Of a stretch of DNA of 64,000 nucleotides, positions 1 through 7,852 are shown piece after piece (position 1 is the first letter of the stretch; each line of letters opens with the position of its first letter). The notes below the pieces were generated by a model that searched no databases, was not told the origin of the DNA, and saw only the letters and a program-made list of their open reading frames with translations. Source of the DNA: Actinomycetota bacterium (lineage in GTDB: Bacteria > Actinomycetota > CADDZG01 > JAHWKV01); assembly GCA_019347715.1 (NCBI GenBank), contig JAHWKU010000009.1:80-64079 (forward strand), in the 5' to 3' direction. The translations under genes and the position numbers were made by a program.

Positions 1-1866
1 ATCGGCGTCACCCACGGAAAGGCCTGCCTCGGAGTGGGAGGCATCCTGGCGGCCGCCGCCGGGTTGAGAAGCTAGATCCAGTACGTGTATCTCTCTGTCA
101 GGCGAGCCCAAGAGGATCTGGAGGTAACGCAAGCCCTTGGAGTCTTTCAGTCGCGCCGCGCTCTCTCCCAGCGAGATCTCCCAGAACTCGCCCTCTTTTC
201 GAAGGGTTCCGCGGGAAGCGCCATCTGCAGCAAGAGTTGAAGTGACGTCCGACATCGTCCGGGGCTCCAGCAATTTCTCCCATGCGTATTGACGAATCGT
301 TTCGAGCAGTCGGTAGCGGCCGCTATATTCCGCGATCAGCGATTTATCCACCAACGACGCCAGTAGATCGAGGATCTCGCTTTCGTCCACACCTGCAACC
401 GAGCACACCGCCTCGGCCGCCTCGAGAGTGAAACCCCCACGGAAAACCGCGAGGGAGGCCAGCAGGGTCTGTTCTTTCCCACCCAGCAGCTCGTAGCTCC
501 AATCGATCGTGGCTCGCAAGGTTTGACGCCGGGACGGAAGCGTTCTCGATGAAGTTGCGAGGAGGTCCAACTTCGGTCCTAGTCTGCTCGCGATCTGATC
601 AGTCGACATCGATCGAAGCCGGCTAGCTGCCAGTTCGATCGCCAGGGGGATTCCGTCGAGCCTGAAGGAAATCTCTGCCAGAGCACGGGCATCGCTTTCT
701 GCGGGTTGATATTCCGGTTTTTGGAGACGTGCTCGTTCGATGAAAAGCTGGACCGAGTCGTATGCCAGCAGATCATCGATATTTTGCGGCACTGATGGAT
801 CGGGGGCATCAAGAGGGGCCAGCCGAAAAACTTGTTCACCTGGGACGCCAAGCAGTTCTCTGCTCGTCGCCAGCAAAGTCAACTGAGGGCAAGAGGTGAG
901 CAGGCTGAAGGCAGCGGGGGCGACTGCATTCACCACGTGCTCGCAGTTGTCGAGAATTAACAAGGCCTTCGAGACCCGCAGCCGCTCTGTTAGGGCTTTC
1001 AAGAGAGCCTCGCCCTCGGTCTCCGTCGAAGATGCAACGAGATCCTTCACCTGAGCGTCCTCTGCGATGGCCGTGATGACAAGGGTTTCATCATCTATGA
1101 GGCCCAGATCGACAAACCACACCCCGTCTGGAAACTCGCCCGGTACTTCTGCTGCTGATTGAAGTGCAACGCGGGTCTTTCCAACTCCGCCGGGCCCCAA
1201 GATCGTTACCATGCGATGTGATTCGAGCATCTTATGAATCTGCTCGACTTCCGAGGATCTTCCGACGAAGGTCGTCAGCTGAAGAGGGAGATTGTTCGGC
1301 ATCGCATCCACCGACCGTAGCGGAGGAAACTTCGGAGGAAGATCCGGGTGTATGACCTGGAACAGTTCATGTGGTCCCGAGAGGTCTTTGAGTCTGTGAA
1401 GACCAAGGTTTATCAGGCTCGTATCGGGTGGAAGCATGGACTTGACCAGCTCTTCAGTCGAAGATGACACCAGGATTTGAGACCCATGTGCCAATGACAT
1501 GAGTCGATGAGCCTGGTGAACTGCGACGCCCAGATACTTTTCGTTCCTCGCGACGGCGTCTCCGGTGTGGATGCCGACGCGGATGGTCAAGTCAACCTCA
1601 CCCCAATGTGCCGAGAGGATCGCTCTTTGTCCGGCGACAGCGCCGGAAAGCGCGTCCTGGGCTCTCGAGAAGGCATAAGCCAACGAGTCCCCTTCGGCCC
1701 CGAACTCGACCCCCCCGTGTTCGGCGAACGCGTTTCTCAGTAGAAGCTGATGCCGTTCAAGTAGATCGCCGTATCCGGGGCCTACAGCTTCTAATAGTCG
1801 CGTCGATCCGACGATGTCGGTAAAGACGAAAGTGACGGTCCCAGTGGGTCTTTCTCTCTGGCTCAT
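1..1866 (-). CDS. Class III adenylate/guanylate cyclase domain fused to a STAND/NB-ARC-like P-loop ATPase regulator (N-terminus in window, C-terminus runs off the left edge)
   Basis: Absent from the ORF track because there is no stop in the window. My translation from the ATG at 1866..1864 stays open for 622 codons to base 1. It reads MSQRERPTGTVTFVFTDIVGSTRLLE...IRVGIHTGDAV (cyclase core), then Walker A ILGPGGVGKTRVA, LLILDNCEH, LLETIRQYA and GLRYLQILLGSPDREIHVLDL. The architecture resembles mycobacterial Rv0386-type regulators. Confidence 0.8.
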   Translation of the reverse strand, partial: MSQRERPTGTVTFVFTDIVGSTRLLEAVGPGYGDLLERHQLLLRNAFAEHGGVEFGAEGDSLAYAFSRAQDALSGAVAGQRAILSAHWGEVDLTIRVGIHTGDAVARNEKYLGVAVHQAHRLMSLAHGSQILVSSSTEELVKSMLPPDTSLINLGLHRLKDLSGPHELFQVIHPDLPPKFPPLRSVDAMPNNLPLQLTTFVGRSSEVEQIHKMLESHRMVTILGPGGVGKTRVALQSAAEVPGEFPDGVWFVDLGLIDDETLVITAIAEDAQVKDLVASSTETEGEALLKALTERLRVSKALLILDNCEHVVNAVAPAAFSLLTSCPQLTLLATSRELLGVPGEQVFRLAPLDAPDPSVPQNIDDLLAYDSVQLFIERARLQKPEYQPAESDARALAEISFRLDGIPLAIELAASRLRSMSTDQIASRLGPKLDLLATSSRTLPSRRQTLRATIDWSYELLGGKEQTLLASLAVFRGGFTLEAAEAVCSVAGVDESEILDLLASLVDKSLIAEYSGRYRLLETIRQYAWEKLLEPRTMSDVTSTLAADGASRGTLRKEGEFWEISLGESAARLKDSKGLRYLQILLGSPDREIHVLDLASQPGGGRQDASHSEAGLSVGDAD

Positions 1867-1978
1867 TCTCACCCGAATCGTCTCATGCTTCGGGGGCGTG
1901 AAATTTCGGAGCACGGGCGTGAAGTGCAGCACCGGATCAGTTTCCGAACGCGAGGTGCAGATTTGGGTGGTGGGGCCC

Positions 1979-3283
1979 TCAGATTGTCTGCGCCAGCAAC
2001 GTGGCCAGGCCCAGAAAACTGAGAAAGCCGACGATGTCGGTCACGGTCGTAAGGAATATCGATGAGGACTGAGCGGGGTCCTGTCCGAGCTTTCTCAAAA
2101 TGATCGGTATCGACGCTCCGGCGAGTCCTGCAAACATCATCGCTATCACCATCGCCACCCCTATCACGATGGCCAGTCCCAGCGATCCGCTCCATAGGAA
2201 CACGCCCGCCGACGTCACCAGAGCAATGGCGATCCCGTCGAGGAGACCGACCGCTACTTCCTTCATCACCAGACGCCTCCAGTGGGCCGGGCGAATCTCG
2301 CGAAGAACAATCCCGCGCATAGTCACCGCGAGTGCCTGACTGCCACTGTTACCGGACTGTCCGGCTACCACCGGCATGAGTACGGCGAGGGCGGTGATCC
2401 TGGCGATGGTTCCCTCGAAGAGACCAACGACCGTTGCTGCAGCGAATGCGGTGAGCAGATTGACGTAGAGCCAGGGCAACCGCTTGCGAACGGCAAACAT
2501 CGGATGAGAGAGAGCTCGCTCTTCTTTGCTTGCTCCCACCATCATCTGCATGTCCGCACTGGCTTCCCGCTCGGTTGCCGAGGTCATGGCCCCCTGAGTG
2601 ATCACCCCAAGGAGCCGTCCGCCGTGGTCGACGACGGGGAGACCCCCGTTGGTCTGTTGAGAAACCTCAAGCACTTCCTCTGTAGAGGAGGTGGCCTGAA
2701 CGGAAGGCGAAGTCCGCACCAAGTCCGATACCCGGCTTTGGGGTGACGCTGCCACCAGAGACTCGAGCGCCACCCGGCCGAGCAGAAGACCGTCGGAGTC
2801 GATGACGAAGACGTCTTCGAAAGCCCTGTCTCGAAGAGTTTGGAGGTAGCGCAGCGCTTCTTGAGCGGAGGTCCCCGAGCGAAACGAAATCGATTTCGGA
2901 TCCATGATTCCGCCGGCGCTGTCCGGGGGATAGGTCATCAGCTCTCGGAGTTCCCTGGCCCGAGTGTGGTTCAAGCGGTCCAGCACCTCCTGACTTTTGG
3001 GAGGGTCGAGCCTGGCCAAGATGCGCGCGGCATCTTGCGGATCGAGGGCCTCGGCAAGCCGCGCGGATATCTCCGGGGGAGCGTCTTGCAGAACGCGGGC
3101 AGAATAATCGCCCTCCATTCTCGAGAGAACCGAAGCAGCTCGCTCCGCCGGTTCCTCAGCCATCACACCGAGAATCTCTTTGAGTGACGCTCCTTCCAAT
3201 TCCGCGGCGGCTTCCTCCGGATAAAGCCGCATGAACTCCCCTCGCAGCTCCGAGGCCACCACATCCACGGTTTCAGATGTCAT
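1979..3283 (-). CDS. mgtE: Magnesium transporter MgtE (N-domain, CBS pair, 5-TM channel domain)
   Basis: 434-aa ORF. It has the MgtE_N helical repeats (ARILARLDPPKSQEVLDRL), MTYPPDSAGGIMDP, a CBS pair, and a C-terminal TM domain with GNSGSQ and TVTDIVGFLSFLGLA. Confidence 0.9.
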   Translation of the reverse strand: MTSETVDVVASELRGEFMRLYPEEAAAELEGASLKEILGVMAEEPAERAASVLSRMEGDYSARVLQDAPPEISARLAEALDPQDAARILARLDPPKSQEVLDRLNHTRARELRELMTYPPDSAGGIMDPKSISFRSGTSAQEALRYLQTLRDRAFEDVFVIDSDGLLLGRVALESLVAASPQSRVSDLVRTSPSVQATSSTEEVLEVSQQTNGGLPVVDHGGRLLGVITQGAMTSATEREASADMQMMVGASKEERALSHPMFAVRKRLPWLYVNLLTAFAAATVVGLFEGTIARITALAVLMPVVAGQSGNSGSQALAVTMRGIVLREIRPAHWRRLVMKEVAVGLLDGIAIALVTSAGVFLWSGSLGLAIVIGVAMVIAMMFAGLAGASIPIILRKLGQDPAQSSSIFLTTVTDIVGFLSFLGLATLLAQTI

Positions 3284-4152
3284 GACTCACCGCCTTCTCT
3301 GCTCTCCCGGAGAGATTCGGATTCCGGTTCGGATCGCCGATGAACTGCAGTCCCAAGACCTTCCACCACTCCGGAGAGTCCGAGCCAGTACAGCTCGCCG
3401 AGAGACAAGGCAACCGACGCAGGCCGCGCAGTCGATGTGACCTGTCCCTCGATTCTCCGAAGCGTTTCGTACCGCAGTGCGCCAACGAGCTGGTCCTCGT
3501 GATTGACGACCGGAAGCGCGTGGTATTCGGTCCAGCCGGGGTGAGCCAGAATGGCAGCCTGGTCCGAGTCGGCTCGAAGGAAGACCACGTCTTTTCGCAT
3601 GATGCTCTCGAGGGTCAGAAGCGGCGAGGCCATCATCAGCTCTCGCAGGTTGAGTACCCCTTTAAGTCGCGACTCGCGGTCGACCACGTATAGGTAATAA
3701 AAGGCCTGTCTGGGTGATCTTCCCACCGCCTCCATGGCGGATCGGGCGGAGAGGTCGGACGGAAGGGACAGCACTTTAGGATCCATGAGAGATCCCGCGC
3801 TTCCCTCTCTATAGCTCATCAGAAGCCGAAGCGGAGCAGCCCTCTGTTCTCCGATCGACTGAAAGAGGCTCTCGACATCGGCAGACTCGAGGCGGCGCAG
3901 CATCGAGGCCGCCGCGTCGGCATCTATCCACTCGAGGACGTCGGCGGCAGAAGTGCCCAGCGCGGCAAGCGTTTCTGCCGCGGTACTGGGGGCCATGGCG
4001 AGAAGAGCTTTTGCTGCACCTTCAGGGGTTGTTGCATTCAGGACCTCAGCGGAAGCGCGAGGCGGATGACGTTCCAGGACCCGTGCGGCTTCTACGGGAT
4101 GGTCGGCTATGAATCTTCCGAGCATGCGCGCGTCGATCGAGGAAGAGTCCAT
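3280..4152 (-). CDS. MgtE-like cytosolic module (MgtE_N + CBS pair) truncated after the first TM-like helix
   Basis: 290-aa ORF with a 4-nt ATGA overlap onto mgtE. It has the same N-domain and CBS layout (MSYREGSAGSLMDP, CBS pair) but ends after LSLGELYWLGLSGVVEGLG with no channel domain. Confidence 0.75.
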   Translation of the reverse strand: MDSSSIDARMLGRFIADHPVEAARVLERHPPRASAEVLNATTPEGAAKALLAMAPSTAAETLAALGTSAADVLEWIDADAAASMLRRLESADVESLFQSIGEQRAAPLRLLMSYREGSAGSLMDPKVLSLPSDLSARSAMEAVGRSPRQAFYYLYVVDRESRLKGVLNLRELMMASPLLTLESIMRKDVVFLRADSDQAAILAHPGWTEYHALPVVNHEDQLVGALRYETLRRIEGQVTSTARPASVALSLGELYWLGLSGVVEGLGTAVHRRSEPESESLRESREGGES

Positions 4153-4156
4153 TCCT

Positions 4157-4993
4157 TCAGCCCGCGATCAGAGTGGATACCTTCTCGCTGAAGTCCTTAG
4201 CCGGGACCACGACTCTTCCCTCGGAGGATTCGATGATCACGGCGGTTGGAGTGATCTCGAGGATCCGGCCTTCCAGATCGTGTATCCGCACCCGGTGCCC
4301 AACCTGATAGGTCTTCACGAGATAGTGAGAGGCGAGGATGTTGCTGACCGAAGTGCGGGCCCCGAGTCCGAATGCAAGGGCGGCACCTCCGAGCATGGAA
4401 CCGGAGACGACTGCGGCCATGACGATAAGGAAGGTCACCTCGAGGCCCACCTGGTCGAACGCCACGATCACCGAGATTGCAAGGATGATTCCGCGAGCCA
4501 CTTGGCCCAGCATTTCCGGATAGGCGAACCCCGCCGACCCGGCAGCAGGAGTCACGGCCGCCCGAACGACCCCTCCGGCGAGAAATCCGAGAACCACCAC
4601 GAAGACCGCTGCGAGGATCCGCGGGAGGAAGTTGCCCACTCCGGCTAGCCACGCCGAGATCACATGGAGCCCGAGCGCCTCGGTAGCGGCGGTGACAAAG
4701 ATGAGAAAAACGATCCAGAACACCAGCGTCCCGACGGCTTTGGAGATCGAGCGGTCTGATCCCGTCCGACGGATCCTGCGCTCGACGTCCTGGCTGCGGA
4801 ACGCGCGGCCGAATCTCGAAGCGACTCTTCCGGTCCAAGGTCCTAGGACACGGATCGTGAGCGCTTTCAAGAGGCGACCCGCGATCCAGCCGGCGGCTAC
4901 CAGGGCAATCGCCAGAAGAATGGCAGGCAGCGCTAGGGTGATCTCACGCCCGAGCTCGGAGAGTGTCTCGCCCGGAAACTGCGCGGTCGGCAT
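4157..4993 (-). CDS. Mechanosensitive ion channel (MscS family)
   Basis: 278-aa ORF with N-terminal TM helices followed by a beta-domain (YQVGHRVRIHDLEGRILEITPTAVIIESSEGRVVVP). It ends 4 nt upstream of the next gene in the same direction. Confidence 0.8.
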   Translation of the reverse strand: MPTAQFPGETLSELGREITLALPAILLAIALVAAGWIAGRLLKALTIRVLGPWTGRVASRFGRAFRSQDVERRIRRTGSDRSISKAVGTLVFWIVFLIFVTAATEALGLHVISAWLAGVGNFLPRILAAVFVVVLGFLAGGVVRAAVTPAAGSAGFAYPEMLGQVARGIILAISVIVAFDQVGLEVTFLIVMAAVVSGSMLGGAALAFGLGARTSVSNILASHYLVKTYQVGHRVRIHDLEGRILEITPTAVIIESSEGRVVVPAKDFSEKVSTLIAG

Positions 4994-5057
4994 GGGTACC
5001 TCCTGCGAGTCGCTGTCATAGAGACATTACCCGCAAGGGGCCAGAGATTCAGGGAGG

Positions 5058-5429
5058 TCAGTCCCGCTTCAGCTGAGCCATCGCCTCTTCGAACGAGATC
5101 TTCCGGTCTGCCAGTTGCGATAGAACTTCCTGACGATGGGGGTCGCTGTCCGGTTCGGACACCCCCCCGATGGCTTCAACGATGTCATCGAGCCTGCTCC
5201 TGGCGGTGTTGTACGCCACACCGAGTTCGGACGCCAGCTTCTGCAGATTGTTGCGGTACTTGAGCAAAAGGCCGACGAAGTCGATTTGCTCCGGCGTCAG
5301 CCGTCCGACCCATCCGAGGCTAAAACGTCCTTGAAGAACCGTCCCGCTCTCTGGGCATTCCAGGCGCGTGACGATCATGTCTTTGCCGCTGGCAGGGTCG
5401 CGCGTAATCAGGGGATAGAGATCAGGCAC
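5058..5429 (-). CDS. DUF2089 family protein (zinc-ribbon-like N-terminus + HTH)
   Basis: 123-aa ORF. RLECPESGTVLQGRFSL ... LTPEQIDFVGLLLKYRNNLQKLASELGVAYNTARSRLDDIV matches my memory of DUF2089. Confidence 0.75.
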   Translation of the reverse strand: MPDLYPLITRDPASGKDMIVTRLECPESGTVLQGRFSLGWVGRLTPEQIDFVGLLLKYRNNLQKLASELGVAYNTARSRLDDIVEAIGGVSEPDSDPHRQEVLSQLADRKISFEEAMAQLKRD

Positions 5430-6085
5430 TACTCTTCTTCCTTAGTTTCCTTTTGCTGCTTTGGTTCCTCGAGATCCTCCTGAGCTTCGTCCTCTTGAAT
5501 GTCGTCGAGCACGCCGGCTTCCTGCATGTCTTTGATGTACTGAGGGCTGATGCCAAACATCTTGAGCTTGATGATCTGACGGAAGTCCAGGTCGCCCAGT
5601 CCAGCCGCTTTGACCTCGTCGATGAAGGAAGGGGACACGCCAAACTGTGCCGCTTTCACGACCTCATCGAAGGTCAGGTCGGGGAAGCGTTCGCGCATTT
5701 CCTTCATCTGCGGAGCGCTCACTCCGAACATCCCGAGCTTCACGAGTCGGTCGAACGCGGGGCTCGAACCGATCTTGTCTTCGAACCCCATGACCCTGAC
5801 CCTTGGCGCTCTGGGGGCGCGCGGGGCTCTAGGGGCGCGCGGCGCTCTGGGCGCGCGCGGCGCCCTGACGGCGAAACTGCGCAGGGATCGGCCGGCTTCT
5901 TGCAGGTTGTCCTTCAGGTCGTCGAGATCGATCCCAAAAACCTCGTCCGAATCCCAGTCCTCCTCCTCTATTTCAGGAGGTTGCGGAATGGGCTGCCTCA
6001 TCGCCTCGAGAAGCTCGTTTGCCTCCTCGACCGATACGGTGCCGTTCGCCAGCATCTCCAAGACCTTCATTTGTTCCTCGCTCAT
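5429..6085 (-). CDS. SHOCT-like/DUF2089-associated protein with an (APR)6 tract and FGVSP-type C-terminal repeats
   Basis: Start chosen at MSEEQMKVLEMLANGTVSVEEANELLEAM, preceded by an AGGAGGA RBS at 6091..6098 on the minus strand. The track ORF extends to 6151. There is an internal RAPRAPRAPRAPRAPRAPR tract and then four ~35-aa repeats (KLGMFGVSAPQMKEM / AAQFGVSPSFIDEV / KLKMFGISPQYIKDM). Confidence 0.65.
   Translation of the reverse strand: MSEEQMKVLEMLANGTVSVEEANELLEAMRQPIPQPPEIEEEDWDSDEVFGIDLDDLKDNLQEAGRSLRSFAVRAPRAPRAPRAPRAPRAPRAPRVRVMGFEDKIGSSPAFDRLVKLGMFGVSAPQMKEMRERFPDLTFDEVVKAAQFGVSPSFIDEVKAAGLGDLDFRQIIKLKMFGISPQYIKDMQEAGVLDDIQEDEAQEDLEEPKQQKETKEEE
5801..5866 (-). repeat. Coding tandem repeat (~18-nt unit gcgccgcgcgcgcccaga, about 3.5 copies) encoding (APR)n
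   Basis: Read directly from the sequence: ccttggcgctctgggggcgcgcggggctctaggggcgcgcggcgctctgggcgcgcgcggcgccct. It lies in frame inside CDS 5429..6085. Confidence 0.8.
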
Positions 6086-6332
6086 ACCTGTTCCTCCTAA
6101 GGCTTTGCTCTCTTGGATCGCACGGTACCGTCCAGAGGTGATTGATGTCAATAGTCAACTTGATGTAATCTGCCAATCTGATTGGTGGATATCGTCAGAT
6201 AGGTTGGGTTGTCGCCTCGAATAGCGATCCAGCGGCAAATCCGCAGGCAGTGGCACGTACGCCCCTAACCTCATGGCGGGCGAAGTGGGGGGCAACGGCG
6301 CTACTCAGTTATTAGCGAGAAGGAGGAGGCAC

Positions 6333-7040
6333 ATGGACATGGAAACGAGCCTGGAAGAACAGATCGAGATAGCCAATCCTCAGCACCCTCATTGCGCCAC
6401 AGTCCTGCTCGTTGATACCTCAGGTTCGATGGCCGGCGACAAGATCCGCCAGCTGAACGACGGCATCCGCTTTTTTAGGGAAGACGTTGCAGGCGACGAC
6501 CTGGCGAGGAAGCGGGTGGAAGTGGCAGTTGTCTCCTTTGGTGGATCGGTGGATGTGGTGCAGGACTTTTCCTCGATCGACGATTTCACCCCGCCCGAGA
6601 TGCAAGCAGATGGTGGCACTCCCATGGGGGCCGCGATCCTTCAGGGAATCGACATGCTGCGAACCCGCAAGCAGGCATACAAGGAGATGGGCACCGATTA
6701 CTACCGGCCCTGGGTCTTCCTCATAACAGACGGGGAGCCGACCGACATGAAAGCCGGCGACGAACTGTGGAGCAAAGTCGTTGAAGCAGTGCATGGCGGT
6801 GAGCGCGATCGAGAGTTCTTGTTCTTTGCCGTTGGTGTCGAGCCTGCGGACATGGGAGTCCTCGCGAAGATTGCACCGCCCGAACGATCCCCCTTGCAGC
6901 TGCGACCGGGCCGTTTCGCGGAGATGTTCGCATGGCTGTCGAAGAGCCAGCGGCAGGTCTCGGCATCGCGCGTCGGTGATCACGTTCCGCTCGTAGATCC
7001 CACCGGCCCAGAAGGATGGGCCGAGATCGAAACCATCTGA
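6333..7040 (+). CDS. von Willebrand factor A domain protein, TerY-like (TerY-P triad component A)
   Basis: MIDAS motif VLLVDTSGSM, later GGTPMG and VFLITDGEPTD. Start placed at the ATG at 6333 behind AGGAGGAGG. The track start at 6273 is an alternative. Confidence 0.85.
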   Translation: MDMETSLEEQIEIANPQHPHCATVLLVDTSGSMAGDKIRQLNDGIRFFREDVAGDDLARKRVEVAVVSFGGSVDVVQDFSSIDDFTPPEMQADGGTPMGAAILQGIDMLRTRKQAYKEMGTDYYRPWVFLITDGEPTDMKAGDELWSKVVEAVHGGERDREFLFFAVGVEPADMGVLAKIAPPERSPLQLRPGRFAEMFAWLSKSQRQVSASRVGDHVPLVDPTGPEGWAEIETI

Positions 7041-7062
7041 CGAACCGCGGGAGGCGCAGCCT

Positions 7063-7851
7063 TTGATCGCGTCGACGGCTCCACTGACGAAATTGGCGCC
7101 CGGGCGTTCAGGTCGGCCATCTGCCCTCGCGGTGTCGGTGGCGGGGCCAGGTCACATCGTCGAAGGCCGTGAATGTGAAGATGCCTCTGGGTGCGACATC
7201 GTTGGTTCCCATGTGCTGGTTGCCGTTTCGGACGGACTCGGCAGCGTGCCTCGGGGCGGGGAGGGGGCCGAGCTTGCGGTAGCGGCATCACTTCGGGCAG
7301 GGAGAGAGTTCATTGCTGAAACCGTTCTCTTCGACCTCGACGAACTCGTTTGGGAGATGACCATTGGGGCCCGGCGTGCCCTCGAGGCCGCGACCGCAGA
7401 TCCCAGAGAACTTGCATGCACACTGATCGTTTGTGCCGGTCACGGAACTGCCGTAGCGACGGCCCACATCGGAGACGGTGCGGTGGTTGGTGCTCACTCC
7501 GAAGACCTCTTCGTCGTCTCTACGCCGGGGCACTCCGAATACGTGAACGAGGTGGAACATCTTGGTCAGAAGAATTGGCTGTCCGCTCTTCGGATCTCGA
7601 TCCGCGATCCGGTCTCGGGCTTTGCGGCCTTCACCGACGGGCTCCAAAGAGCTGCGCTGAAACGAATAGAGGACCGATGGACTCCATTCGCGGGATTCCT
7701 CGACCCGCTGTTCCAGCACTTCACATCCCGTGACGACCATGAACAGTTGCGCAAAGAAATCGAGAGGCTTTTGTCCGGAGCTCGGTTGAGCGAGCATTCG
7801 GAGGACGACAAGTCGCTTGCCTTCGGTCTTCTCGGCGACGATCGGCGGTGA
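7063..7851 (+). CDS. PP2C-family Ser/Thr phosphatase (TerY-P triad component B)
   Basis: 262-aa ORF with a TTG start behind GGGAGG. It has VLVAVSDGLGS, AHIGDGAVV and AAFTDGL metal-binding style motifs and sits directly between the vWA and kinase genes. Confidence 0.8.
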   Translation: MIASTAPLTKLAPGRSGRPSALAVSVAGPGHIVEGRECEDASGCDIVGSHVLVAVSDGLGSVPRGGEGAELAVAASLRAGREFIAETVLFDLDELVWEMTIGARRALEAATADPRELACTLIVCAGHGTAVATAHIGDGAVVGAHSEDLFVVSTPGHSEYVNEVEHLGQKNWLSALRISIRDPVSGFAAFTDGLQRAALKRIEDRWTPFAGFLDPLFQHFTSRDDHEQLRKEIERLLSGARLSEHSEDDKSLAFGLLGDDRR

Positions 7852-7852
7852 A

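Noticed and set aside
4197-4838. 213-aa minus-strand ORF and the 179-aa plus-strand ORF at 4109..4648
   Set aside because: These are an alternative frame and the antisense of the MscS gene. Their Arg/Pro/Gly-rich composition is typical of off-frame GC-rich translation.
4994-5057. Mg2+ riboswitch (M-box) or other leader upstream of the mscS-mgtE unit
   Set aside because: Only 64 nt are available upstream of mscS, and the mgtE genes have no leader (4-nt spacing and overlap). That is too short for an M-box, and I saw no matching structure.
5801-5866. Possible CRISPR-like or other non-coding repeat arrays (also 57959..58000)
   Set aside because: Both repeat tracts are in frame inside well-supported CDSs and encode (APR)n and (SP)n linkers. 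They have no spacer-repeat structure. No CRISPR array was seen anywhere in the window.
6173-6185. Palindrome CCAATC-t-GATTGG in the divergent region upstream of the vWA gene
   Set aside because: It is short (6-bp arms) and could easily occur by chance. I noted it but have no supporting context.
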